Positions 51,208-64,000 of a stretch of DNA of 64,000 bases are shown piece by piece. The notes beneath the pieces were generated by a model that was given only the letters and a program-made list of their open reading frames with translations, was not told the DNA's origin and ran no database searches. The position numbers and the translations under genes were made by a program. Position 1 is the stretch's first letter. Every line of letters begins with the position of its first letter. Origin of the DNA: Octopus sinensis. Its lineage: Eukaryota. Where the stretch lies: contig NC_043005.1 in the NCBI RefSeq assembly GCF_006345805.1, positions 37,572,001 to 37,636,000 on the forward strand, in the 5' to 3' direction.

Positions 51208-51479
51208 CTAGAAGTGGAAATAGCAAGATGGTCTGAAATACAAGTAGGTAATGTAAAAGTAATACCAGTTGTAATTGGGGCATTAGAACCCATCCCGTTG
51301 GAACTACAAGACTTCTTCAAGTGCTTTGGAGTACCATGTAAGATTGGTGTCATACAAAAATCAGCCTTGCTAGGAGCTGCACACATTTTAAAGAAAGTAT
51401 TATCTGTCTGAGGCCCTTGTTAGGACATGACAGATGACTAAATACTCAGTGCATTTTCCATCTACACTGCACGACAATG
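51208..51479 (+). mobile_element. Dong/R4-like non-LTR retrotransposon 3' end (copy 1)
   Basis: LEVEIARWSEIQVGNVKVIPVVIGALEPIPLELQDFFKCFGVPCKIGVIQKSALLGAAHILKKVLSV*, the C-terminus of a restriction-like endonuclease ORF; (TAA)n on both sides. Confidence 0.88.
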
Positions 51480-51519
51480 TAATAATAACAACAATAATAA
51501 TAATAACAACAACAACAAC

Positions 51520-51564
<45 letters not shown>

Positions 51565-52986
51565 CTCAAAGTATGCAGAAGGAAAAGAATAAATTTGAGG
51601 AGCACAGAATTGCCAAATGGAGAGAGAATGGAAGATCTAGATGATGGGTACAAGCACCTTGGGATCCTGGAGCTGGACAATATCTTGTGCAGAGAAATGA
51701 AAGACAAGGTCGTCACTGCATATTTCAAGCACCCCAAACTTCTCTTGAAATCAAAGCTCAACTCAAGGAACCTTGTGACTGCCATCAACATATAGGCTGT
51801 TGCTGTAGTCTGCTATAGTGCACCCATCCTAAGATGGACACAAGCGGAGATTGACCAACTCAATTGCACTACCCAAAAGGTAATGGCAATGCATGGCGCC
51901 CTTCACCCTAAAAAAAATGTACACTGGCTCTTCATGAATAGAGGCAAAGGGGACATGGTCTGATTAGCATATAGGAGTGCATCAACAGTGAAAGAAGAAA
52001 CATGGCAGAATATTTGGTAAACAGCAAACAAGCCTTGCTACAGTATGCTGCTAGTGCAGAAGGGGTTAACAAAAATGGACTTGAAAGTGCTCATCTATTC
52101 CAATCAAGAACAAACAAAACGAGAGAGAAGAAACCCTACTCAGTATGGAATTACATGGTCAGTTCTACTGTGAAACCAACAAATTAAAAGACTAGAAATC
52201 ATCATGGAGGTGGCACATCAAGGGTTACCTAATAAAGAAGACTGAAAGCCTAATTATCGTTGCCCAGGACCAGGCATTGAAGAACAACTCAGTGAAAAAG
52301 AATATATACCACTTGAGCGCATCAGACTTCTTTAGAATGTGTGGAAAGAGGGTTGAAAGCATGACTCACATTGTCAGTGCTTGCACAGAAAGAGTTCAAA
52401 TGTAGACACGACAAGGTGGCTCAAACCCTCACTGGCTACTATGCCATAAGTGAGGATATGAGGTTACAGGTACCAATATACACCGGAAAATGTAATGGAT
52501 GCAAAGGGGAAGGTAAAAATCCTCTGCGACTTTGATTTACAGACAGACAAAGTGTTAGAGATACCAAAGGCTGGTTATAGTAACCTTTAGGAGGGACAAA
52601 CAAGAGTGTCTAATCTATGTGGCAGTGCTAGATCAACATATCATCGTGAAAGAAAGAGAAAAAGTTGATAAATATGGGGACCTGAGAATTGAGATTGCTA
52701 AGATGTGGCAGTTACGAGAGTCAAACAAAAAGGTTATCCCAATTGTCACGAGAGCATTGCATTTAATACCACCCAATCTAAAAACACATCTGAAAACCTT
52801 AGAAATACTCTAGAATCTAGATGTATTGCAAAAGTCGGCATTACTTGGAACTGCATGCATATTGCGTAAAGTACTGTCTGTCTGAAGTTCTTGTTGTGAC
52901 TTAACAAACAATACAATTCTGCTCCCCCCAGTAGACACAATATCTTCAATCAACAACCTCACAATATTGTATACTGTACAAAGTCT
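51565..52986 (+). mobile_element. Dong/R4-like non-LTR retrotransposon, 1.4-kb 5'-truncated pseudogene (copy 2)
   Basis: RT C-terminus (ELPNGERMEDLDDGYKHLGILELDNIL..LLLKSKLNSRNLVTAINI), CCHC knuckle (RMCGKRVESMTHIVSAC..RHDKVA) and endonuclease end (KEREKVDKYGDLRIEIAKMWQL..VIPIV..LQKSALLGTACILRKVLSV*). Has stops and frameshifts; flanked by (TAA/CAA)n. Confidence 0.93.
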
Positions 52987-53008
52987 ATAATAATAATAAC
53001 AACAACAA

Positions 53009-53225
53009 GTCTCTATTTTTGGCACAAGACCATCAATTTTGAGGAGAGAGGGCAAGTTGATTAAAATGCCTCCAATGCTCAGCTTCTGTTTATTTTATTG
53101 ACCGCAAAAAGAGGAAAGGCAAAATTGACCAGTGCATGATTTAAGTCTAATACATAAAAGTGCTGGAAGAAATTCTGCTCAGCATTTTGTCCATTGACCT
53201 AATGATTCTGTGAGATCATTGCCAT
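53009..53225 (-). mobile_element. Decayed SINE family B variant whose tail abuts Dong copy 2
   Basis: ggcacaagacc..aattttgagg..aagttgatt..aaaggcaaaattgacc..ctcagcattttgtcc resembles 59048-59229. Confidence 0.65.
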
Positions 53226-54534
53226 GATGGCGATGATGACAACCAGGAGGCAAGAGAGAATTTTCAAATAAGTTTACTTTTGCAATTTATATGTTTATAC
53301 AGTTGTTTAGTTCTCAATAAATAAATTTTAAAAAGTGAATTTGAAATTCATTACCTAATTGAACCATTATTCTCATTATTAAAAATCAGATCCTAATTAT
53401 CTGATAATTCTGTTTTTCCTGAAAATGATTGAACAAAAACACAAACCACTGTAGGAAACTGAACTTTCCAATAACCCACAACAAATATATTACTCTACAA
53501 CTGTGTTCAGTTTTCTCTCTTTAAGAAACCAACAGACACATGTATACACATACAGTGCATGCTAGTTATTGTAAAGCCTTCAAAACTGGGTTATTGTCTG
53601 TAGAAGTTAACTGTCTTCAGATTCAAATAGATATTTTTATTTTTCTCTTGCTACAATATTTCTCATAAAGTAAGTTTGAATTTTTAATATACAATGTAAA
53701 TTTTATTAAATTTCACCTGTTTATTGGGTATTTTTTCTCACCCTGCAACTGTATTTTGAGTATCATCTGTTTCAAATTCAAGTAAGAAGGCTTTCATTCA
53801 GAAAATCATATTTTGAATGGCATTGGTAATTTTGGTTACATTAAAAAAAATTATATAAAATGGCAAAAGCTTTAGTAATTTAATATCTAGTTAAATTTAC
53901 AAAGATATTCAAAATTAGGGTTAACATGCTACATAGGAAAGAGGCTAACATTCCATGAGTGAACTCAACTGTCAGACAAGGATTTTTTGGTTTTTAAGTG
54001 AGATAAGCCAAGAGTACAATACACACCTGAGATATACATGGTTTCTGGTTCAGTCCTACTGTGTGGTACCTTGAGCAAGTGTCATACATGTGCACGTGCA
54101 CATGTACTCACTTCTTCCTCTATATTGAATTTTCTCTTAGCAAACAATTTGTTTAGCATTGACAAACTTGAAAGTGGGTGAAGCATGTCTGTGATTCTCA
54201 TGAGTCACTGCTACAATGATTTTCACCTTACATATTGTGTTTTTGACACAGCATGTCTATGAAAAGACTCTCTCTCAGGTAAAAAAAACAAAAAACAACA
54301 GCATTATATCTCATGCTTGCTTGAGTCAACAGAGTTTTTTGAGGTAGATTTTCTACAGCCAGATGCTCTTTCTGTTGCCAACCCTTACTTATTTCCAAGC
54401 AAGGTAACATTTCTCCATGGCTCCATGGCCAGAGCTGTTTTCTTCTGAATGGTAGAAACAAATATCATTGCTTGTATGACAATGAGAGTTGTTAACCATC
54501 CTCACATGATGTCAAGACAAAGTACATGTAAACG

Positions 54535-54682
<148 letters not shown>

Positions 54683-54876
54683 TATAAATAAAACTACAGG
54701 CCTCTTTCAGTTGCTGTCTATGAAATTCACTCACCGAACTCTGGTTGGCCTGGTGATATTGTAGAGGTCACTTGCCCAAGTTTCTATGCAGTTGGATTGA
54801 ACCTGAGACTGTACGGATGGAAAGCAAGCTTCCCAATCCTAGTCACACTCTCACCTCTACACACACACACACATAA

Positions 54877-54925
<49 letters not shown>

Positions 54926-55428
54926 ATATATATATACAGACACTCACACAATCAAACATGCTCACTTCCACACTTCTCTATATTGAAATGCAAATAGCTA
55001 TTTTTATGAAGTCGGTATTCCATTACAGTGATTGAATGTGCATCTACTATTTGCAATTGCTGCTTTGGTGTTGCTTCTGAAATGCATCATTTTAGAATGT
55101 GAGTGTAAGAAGGAAAAAGTAAAGAAAAGAGTGGACAGTTTTTAGTTTTGTTCTTACTCTTAAACTTACACAGCCTTCCATCTCATGAGTGTGTGTGTGT
55201 GTGTGTGTCGATGAAATGATATTCTCATCTGCAACATTTGTACTTAGAACATAAAAATATTTGTTCTTGCGTACAACAAGCACACCAGTTTTCAAAGCCC
55301 AAAATTATTTAATGATATGAGCACTCATAGGTTTTTAGCTGCCTTCCTAAATATAATGCAGAAACACAACACAAGCATGCATGACTACACAGACACACAC
55401 ACAAACACACACTCATGCACATGTGTGT

Positions 55429-55470
<42 letters not shown>

Positions 55471-58125
55471 TGCATAGTCTCTCTCTCTCTTTTTCACTCT
55501 GTATATACAGCAAGAGAGAAGGAGATTGAGTGAGTAAACAAAAACTCTGCTACATATGTGTGTGTGTGTATATATGCGTGTGTGTATATAGGTTTAGGTA
55601 TATGTTTAAATACTGGTGCAAATTTATGCCATCAAACATGTACACACATAAACATACACATGAATATATGCACGCACACATACATGAATATACATTTATA
55701 TATGCATACACAAATGTTTACACACACACACACACGCAATCATAGATACTCATTGATATGTATACACATGCATATTAAACAATGACACATATTTGAAATC
55801 ACAGATGAAAGCCTTAGAAGACCTTCAGTTGAGCATATTTATTTTCAATATAAATGTCTTCGAGCTATTTAAGGCTAATTTTCAGAGTATGTGAAGGTCA
55901 TAGTGAGCAAAATATATCCTGGAGTAATGAAAAACCTTAGATTCTACAGAGAATTGTGTACAGATTCAGAGACAATGTACTAGCTAAACACAATATAGTC
56001 AGCTATCTATTATCTTCATCAACTTCACTGGTATAGGAAGTATAGGGAAAATATCTTCGCGTATCTACCCTAGATAAATGCATCTGCTTTTCTCTACTTC
56101 AAAATACTCTCACGCACACACACATACTCATTCAGAGAAACATATAGCTATACAAATACTATATTCACATACTTATTTCATACACTCCTCTATTCTGTGT
56201 GTGTGTATGTGTGTGTGTGTGTGATCATGTGTGTGTGTTTATATATATATATATATAATATATGTATATCAATCTTCCTATCCCTTCATACATTCATCCA
56301 TTTCTCTATCTCTCTGTCTCTTATTTGATAACTTTTACATATATATATATATCCCACCATAACTACCTTCTTGTTTTTCTCTAAAACTATATGCTGCAAT
56401 GCTTGCATAATACTTCCACACGAGAATATACATGTGCCCCATATACATATATTGTATCATTTGAAATTGATATTTTTTTGTTTCCTGTGCAGTAGTACAC
56501 AAATGCCTTATATAATGCCAGTATCAGTTTGCAATGCATGTACTTGAATTGTGTTTATAGAAGACTTACCTCTTTTAGTTGGTCAGAGGTGGAGGTGTAG
56601 TGGCCCTGTCCTTTGCAGGCTCTCACAGGGTGGAGAGAACAATATAACTGATGATAGTTGACCTCTCCAGAAAAATATAGATTGAGACATAATTCCACAA
56701 TGATGTAGTTCTATGGGCTAATGTGTAGACAAATTAATGAAGGAGGCATCTGAGAAATACAGTGGAAGTTATAGGGGAAGAAAACAAAAGAAAGCATGAA
56801 CACTGCATCGTGTTGACCAAAGTGAAGAGAGTATTTAGCTTGTTATTTCAGAGGAAAAAGAATACAAAAAAGGAAAAAGACCAGCTGGATGTGCAAATCA
56901 CACAATTTGCTGCTGAAACAATTTCTTCCGCATTCCCGCCAGGTCAGTCACTACATGGAAAAACAACTCCAAACACCCTAACACCTATATAAAACGTTAG
57001 AGCACTACTACAGCAACAATTTTAAAAGCACACTCTCGCTCTCACCCAGTCCAGACTGGTTGATGGAACAACATACATTCAGAGAGACCTGCAGCATAAG
57101 TAGCCTTATTTATTAACCCCAAACACTGGGAGGTGTTGAAGAACTGCATTCATCACACTCTGATTGAGTCTATTTTGTCCACTTCTTCTGTGGTCGCCTC
57201 AAGAAACTACAAGTGTTCAGAAATAGACTGGACAGTAGATGGAAACTAAATGAAGCACATTGTGTGTGTGTATGTGTCATTTTGCCTGTGTTTGTCCTCT
57301 GCCATTGTTTGACAACTGGTGTTATTGATAACTCATTGGTTGGGCAAAAGAGACTGATTGAATAAGTACCAGGTTTAAAAAAAGAAGTACCGGGTTCAAT
57401 TCATTTGACTAGAAGATCTTCAAGGTGGTGCACCAGCATGGCTGCAGTCTAATGACTGAAACAAGCACACGCACTTACACATAAATATAGATATTTATGT
57501 TTGAATGTGTGACCCCTTGTCTTGACAATGTATGATAGTTGAAAGCAAGCATTACCATATTACCATCATGCAAGCTGTGCTTTCATTTCCAGTCTTACAT
57601 GTAAACATGTCCAGCAAAGTAACAGGGGGGAGTTGGAGACAGGAATGGCATAAAGTTATAGAAAATTTCACTTAAAAAATTCCATCTGGTCCATACAAGC
57701 ATAAAAATGCTGACATTAAAATGATGATTCTGATAATAATGATGATGATATATTTATGCGGACACAAGTGGTGCAATTTCTAACTACTACACAGCTCAGT
57801 GGATTTGCTTGAAAAAGAATCTATATTTGTATCAGTCAATTGCCTAATTTTATATCGAAAACCAATTAAATTTGATTGCAAATATTACATAGAAGCATTA
57901 AATAATATTATCTTGGATATCCAATCTTTCACTGTAAATTTACTGATGCTTAATATAGAGCGCTAATAGAAGAAGATAAAGAAAATTGTTTGGTTAGAGA
58001 TGTAATAAATCTTAAAGTGTTTGATTTAAAATGAGGAAACTTATATAATAACTTACTGCATTGTATGATTATGTAGTTATAAATGCAGCAAAAAAAGCAG
58101 GATAACTATCTAGAAGGAGATAATA

Positions 58126-58194
<69 letters not shown>

Positions 58195-58358
58195 TAATGA
58201 TCTCTTTCTTACATTGGCATAAATCTTACAAAAAAACGTCAAGAAAAAATTCTCTTACTAGATGCAAGGTGTTTCCCAAATACACTAATTGAGGATATAA
58301 ATTCACATATAAACATAGATATGTATGTACAAGCATGTATACAAGCATATACCAGCAC

Positions 58359-58417
<59 letters not shown>

Positions 58418-58762
58418 CACATATATATACACATATATAGATACACCTACATACACATATACACTAATTGAGGATATTCTCAGTTTGAGGTTTATGTACG
58501 GAATACACCCCCCCCCCCAACACACACACACAAACATACATACACACACACAAAAAAAATCAATACTTAAATATGCATACTTTACTAGTAAATGAAAAGT
58601 GTGTGTGTGTGTGTGTGTGTGTGTTCATGTATGTATATACATATGTGTGTGTATCTGTGTCCTAATTTGCTAAGATGATAATTTTATATGATGTTTAATA
58701 AAGTTTTGCTTTTACTTTTAAAATTTTAAATTTCAAAAGAACAAAATACTTTAATGATAATA

Positions 58763-59018
58763 ATGAAGAAGGTGAAAATAGCGCCAATTATTGTTGGGTC
58801 CTTGGGGAGTGTATCAGAAGGCATCAAAAGGAATATAGTGGAAATTGGAATAGAGTGCCCTGTCGAGCTGTTACAAAAGTTTTGCCTCCTTGGCGTCACA
58901 AGAATAATTAGGAAAATGCTAGACATTTGAAAAGAACAGATAGCATGGTACTGTTGACTGCAATTAGCAAGCCTGCTATGCAGGCTACACTCCAAGAGTT
59001 CCAAAAAAGCCTGAGTTG
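58763..59018 (+). mobile_element. Dong/R4-like 3' end (copy 3, different subfamily)
   Basis: KKVKIAPIIVGSLGSVSEGIKRNIVEIGIECPVELLQKFCLLGVTRIIRKMLDI* (stop 58928-58930), distinct 3' UTR, followed by (TAA)n and preceded by taatgataataat. Confidence 0.85.
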
Positions 59019-59047
59019 ATAATAATAATAATAATAATAATAATAAT

Positions 59048-59229
59048 CCTTTCTACTATAGACACAAGGCCTAAAATTTGAGGTGAGGGGACTTCAGTGT
59101 TTCGCTGGTAATTAATTTATCAACCCTGAAAGGATGAAAAGCAAAGTCAACCTCAGTACAATTTGAAGATAGACAAAAACTGCTAAGAATTTTGCCTGGC
59201 ATATTAACAATTCTGCCAGCCCTCCACCA
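59048..59229 (-). mobile_element. SINE family B variant with (ATT)n tail
   Basis: cctttctactatagacacaaggcctaaaatttg...aaggatgaaaagcaaagtcaacctc...ttctgccagc. Confidence 0.8.
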
Positions 59230-59240
59230 TAATGATGATG

Positions 59241-59295
<55 letters not shown>

Positions 59296-59335
59296 TAATA
59301 ATAATAATAACCATCATCATCATCATTATTATTAT

Positions 59336-59548
59336 CTTTTCTACTCTAGGCACAACTCCTGAAACTTTTGGAGAGGGAGTGCTAGTCAATTACATTGACC
59401 CCAATACTCAACTTGTTCTTTTTTTATTCACCATGTGAACAAAAGGCAAATCCAACTGTAGTGGCATTTGAACTCAGGATGTAAAGGTAGACATAATGCA
59501 GCTATGCATTTAGCTGGCATGCTAACGATTCTGCCAGCTCACCACCTT
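59336..59548 (-). mobile_element. SINE family B variant, tandem neighbour of 59048-59229
   Basis: Same motifs; ends gctaacgattctgccagctcaccacctt. Confidence 0.8.
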
Positions 59549-59555
59549 AATTAAG

Positions 59556-59556
<1 letters not shown>

Positions 59557-59643
<87 letters not shown>
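59557..59643. repeat. Pure (TAA)n microsatellite
   Basis: Directly visible. Confidence 0.97.
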
Positions 59644-59644
<1 letters not shown>

Positions 59645-59963
59645 GAAAGGGGTTGATTGCTACCTAACTCAGATACCAGGAAACCCCAAAATGGCAGAAA
59701 TTCAAAAGATAGTGCTCATGGGAACTGCTCATATCCTATGCAAAATACTCTCTATGTAATTTCAAGGTTTAAAACAAACTTTTTCTTTTCTTTTTTTTTA
59801 ATTTATTTATTAGACATTCACTAGTACAACACCAAAAAAACCCCCCAAATATATGGCACACTAGGCATAACAACAACATGAACTTCCAACCTGTTGTCTC
59901 TTGAGGTCTCTGGGTGAGACTTGGAGCCAACTTGTACAAACATAAAGCAAAAGTCAAACATAG
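59644..59963 (+). mobile_element. Dong/R4-like 3' end (copy 4, another subfamily)
   Basis: KGVDCYLTQIPGNPKMAEIQKIVLMGTAHILCKILSM* (stop 59757-59759), a 3' UTR of about 200 nt, and (TAA)n on both sides. Confidence 0.85.
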
Positions 59964-62084
59964 AATAATAATATAATAATAATAATAATAATAATAATAT
60001 GCACCATAATCCACTGTTCATAAACCAGTCAGGTAAATCTGAATTACCAAACACATCTAGACAACATCTGGAATGTAATCAATACTAGTATAGAAAACAA
60101 TTGGTTGTATTTCCTTTTTGCCCAGCAACTAATCTAACATATTCTTCGATTAATACATAAACATAAATGTAATAACATATCTCTTCATTCTTGATGTTCT
60201 CTGGAAGATTTGTTTATGAGTATCTGATTGTGGTATGTTTTCCATCATTGGAGCACACCTTCTCCTTTAGGTGATGTATTCATAACACCTGATTTACTGA
60301 TGTAAGGAGACTTTGATACACTACATGTTTTTATCTAGTGTGTGTCTCCTCAGTGAAAGCTGCTTCACTATGCTGATGTAACTAAAAGTAATAGTGTATG
60401 TGCCCATGCTTTATATACCCTGACAGATTCAAACATAAATACCTGATTGCTGTTATATTATGTCACCAGAGGACACATCCTTTCCTTTGACAAGGAGTCT
60501 CTAAAGGTGTTTTAAAGTCTCATTACATCAATGCATCCCCTCCTCACTGTGATGGGAACGCTAGCAACGGGTAGTGTCAGAGCTATGCTGCCGGGAACTT
60601 CAGTTCCTGGTAGGACCACTTAAGGCGGATTGGTCTGACACGAGTGGTATTAGGGCCACAACCCGGCAGACAGGGCTCTGGTGAAAATCCTCGCAGTGTC
60701 TGCTCTGGCAACAGGTGGCTCTTTGGTCATTCTGTCCTGGTGTCTGCAGACAATCTGCGTCAAACAGGATGTCTCTACATGCAGGATTGTTGGGGACCAC
60801 TTGTGAAATCCACATATTCCCACGAAACTTCTTCCATGAATTATCAATGAGGATAATAGAAGAAGCCGACTCAACCCGCCCAGGCTGAATGTTGCCACAA
60901 GTACAAGTAAGTAGTAATGCATCACATGTCATGAACCCGCTTCAATTAAAGAAACACATTTTCTTAAGAAAGCAAGTGTTCTCTGATGATGAAAAAACAA
61001 CAGAGATCAAATAGCCACATTCGAATTTGCAAGAACATATCAAGAATGAATTATTTGAGCTCTTACTACTCTACACGCACCCAATGAATTACATAAACAA
61101 ATATTTTCAAGGGATGTGTCAAACACTTTTAAAAATGCACTGTACATGCTTGTGGTACTCAGATAGATGGAGAATAAAATGAACTCCATATATTATTTAC
61201 AAATTTTTTTTTTGTATTGCATTTGAATAAAGACTATTAGAACTTCCATTGTAGACTTTTCCCTATTTTTCCCATTTAAGATTTTTAATTTAAAGTAGCA
61301 GTTTTTGTTGATAGAATTTAAACATTCCAAAATAAATTAACTAACTCTTCTATTATTATGTGTGTTGTATATATATATATACACATAAATAAATACATGT
61401 ATGTGAGTGTGTGTGTGTGCATGTATATGTGTATGTACAATGCCTCATCCATGTGTATCTCTTCTGTACATACACACATGCATGTTTGTCAGTGTTTTCA
61501 TGTGTGCATGTGTGCATGTGCGTGTGCAGAGGAAACAAGATGAAATAAATGTATAGAAGAATGTTAGAAATCCTGAGAAATGTATATCATAGAGGTAAGA
61601 GTGAAAGCAAGAACGATTTTTCAGGAATGGGAAGAGAAAAAGAAAATGAATTATGGGAAAGAATTAAGGCTTAATTTCTTGAATTTCTAATTGTTTCCGA
61701 TTAGAGATTGTATTATTTGTAAAAGAAGTAATAGCAAAAACCAAACATAAACAGGACATTTATGGTTAAGTGATGAGTAATTACTTGAATAGTAAATGAT
61801 GCAATTAGGGAAAGAGGTGACATCGAAGGTTAGGTAGTGAATAAATTGCAGCTGCAAACAATTACCATGTATCGTGCATTAAACTGATAGTTTGGGGAAT
61901 TTAAAGCCAGCTCAGTATCAAGCAATAAAATGGTCTTGATTTGTATTATTATTCCAATCGCATACGTGATAATTCTTCTTTCCTTTATACCTGTACAGGC
62001 CTGTGAATACTGATACACATTAAAATTCTATCTTTCTTTTTCACTCTCTCACTTACTCTAACTAAATATCACACACACACATTC

Positions 62085-62111
62085 AGATAGATAGATAGAT
62101 AGATAGATAGG

Positions 62112-62151
<40 letters not shown>

Positions 62152-62203
62152 CAAATAGATAGATAGATAGTTAGATAGATAGATAGTTAGATAGATAGAT
62201 AGT

Positions 62204-62258
<55 letters not shown>
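62085..62258. repeat. (GATA)n microsatellite
   Basis: Directly visible. Confidence 0.97.
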
Positions 62259-62259
<1 letters not shown>

Positions 62260-62499
62260 GCTTTTATTTGTTTCAGTGCCTTAAAATGTATTAATTGAAC
62301 AAATCAACCAGCAATTACGTTTTATGCGAGTACTTGTGGCAGTCTCTTTTGCCAAACTTCTAAGTAATGGCGATATAAACAAAGTGTGGAGAGGGGTTGA
62401 CAAGCAGAGACACAAACATACACACAAACACACATATACATATACACATACATACATTCACACACACATACACACATACACTTTCACACACACTTGCGT

Positions 62500-62990
62500 G
62501 GTGTAATAACTGAAGTTTCAAGATTTCTTCAGGAGAGACATTTATTTAATTTCAAAGAAGTACAAAATTCTAATCTTCTTTAAACTAGGCTCCTCTCACT
62601 TCAGTGCACTTGTTGCACTACTCCAGCCACTTTGTGAGGGTCTCATGGCTGTCCTCCAAAGAGCACCCTAAGATCCTTATCACAGCTTCCTTCATCTTCT
62701 CAATGCCTTTAAATGACTGTCTCTGAGGTCCTGCTCCAGCTTGGAGAACAACCAAAAGTCACAGAGAGCAGGGTCCAAATTATAAGGAAGGTGAAGGATA
62801 GTTTTGATGCCCATCTCTGTCAAGTAGTTGGTTACCAGGATGAAACTGTCGACTGGTGCATCATCCTGGATCAGGTGTCACTGACTTGAGAGGAAGAGCT
62901 CTGGTCTTTCACAATGGAATCTGTATCTGGACTCTCTCAGTACCTCCACAAAGTAATGTCCTTGTTGACTGTCTGGAATTCCGTGGATGT
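62500..62990 (-). mobile_element. Mariner (DD34D) transposase pseudogene, C-terminal part
   Basis: YFVEVLRESRYRFHCERPELFLSSQ*HLIQDDAPVDSFILVTNYLTEMGIKTILHLPYNLDPALCDFWLFSKL; 34 residues counted between the second and third catalytic D. Confidence 0.9.
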
Positions 62991-64000
62991 AGATAATAAC
63001 CCAGCAGTCAGAAAAGGGGATCCTCATAAGCTTGCTGATGGATTTGCTTTGCATGACCTCTTGTGCCAGCAAAAAACAGATGCTCAGCTTATACAAGTTA
63101 ATCCATAAGCATCCCATGTCTTTTTGGGTCTCCCTCTTCTGCAGGTGCCATCAAAATATATTTCATATTTTATATAAACAAGGATGGGGTTCCAGCATGA
63201 CCCCCAGCTTTTGGCTGAAACCAATACAATAATGAACATAGAACACTCACATACAATACCCAAAGTTTTCCAGCAAATCACAATTATGAGTTTATCTGAT
63301 TTCTAATTGGCAGTTAACACTTGTTCCACCAATCATCAGCTTTTGAGTGAAGCCCTTGAAAATAGAACCTCATTTTCCTTGCTATAATTTACCCTGTATA
63401 GATCTAAGTTAATGTTCTTCCTATAATGGCTTCATACAACAACTGATGAACTGTGACATGTGAGTTAATTGCCTCTTTGAAATCAGATAACTTTGTAGCT
63501 ATGGCTTACCAGGAAACTCTGAGTACTGTCTAATATATCAGATATATACATGTGTGTATATGTGTGTATGTTTGTGTGGATATGTGTGTGTGTATATACA
63601 TATATACACACACATACTCTGTATGTTCATTCATATGCCAAACCTGGGGAACTAATTTGTTTAGTTTTGAGTCTCCCAAAAATGACACAAGTTCATATAT
63701 TCCCATGCATATGTACAAATATGCATACATGCATAAATACATACATGCATAAATACATTCATGCATATATACTTGCATTAATGCATACCAAATATATACA
63801 TGCACAGATTCATACATATATGCATGTGTTTGTGTGTGCCTGCTTATATATGCATAACTTTTTTATCTCAAATTTAGAAATATAAACCTGGTGTAATAAT
63901 TTCTAAAGATTTTAGAATCCAATAAAATCTTATGTATTTGTATGTCTGTGTGTGTATGTATATATATATATACACACATATTCATGTATATATATATATA

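Noticed and set aside
60645-60657. tggtattagggcc as a retroviral primer-binding site
   Set aside because: It only loosely resembles a plant iMet PBS, does not match the animal iMet tRNA end as I recall it, and is not placed right after a clear LTR end.

Overview
AT-rich, microsatellite-dense animal genomic DNA. The repeat families and the (TA)n/(CA)n/(TAA)n/(GATA)n density look like a coleoid cephalopod (Octopus); this is recall-based, with no database search. I can support only one host coding exon: a 198-nt phase-1/phase-1 Sushi (CCP) domain exon at 34132-34329 (+), so the rest is probably intron or intergenic DNA. It is packed with decayed transposons: at least three tRNA-type SINE families, RTE-clade LINE relics and short 3' ends with (GAT)n tails, four 5'-truncated Dong/R4-like retrotransposon ends in (TAA)n tracts, two mariner fragments, a DD37D (maT) fragment, and TA- and TTAA-flanked MITEs. 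Most ORFs in the supplied track are microsatellite artefacts. I found no intact novel multi-gene system. The best leads are a SINE flanked by an 82-bp direct repeat, Dong-like elements landing in (TAA)n tracts that are partly SINE tails, degenerate Penelope-type minimal hammerhead motifs, a 77-nt near-perfect hairpin and an unexplained GC-rich island. Boundaries of decayed repeats are approximate; TSD, TIR and exon coordinates were counted by hand.
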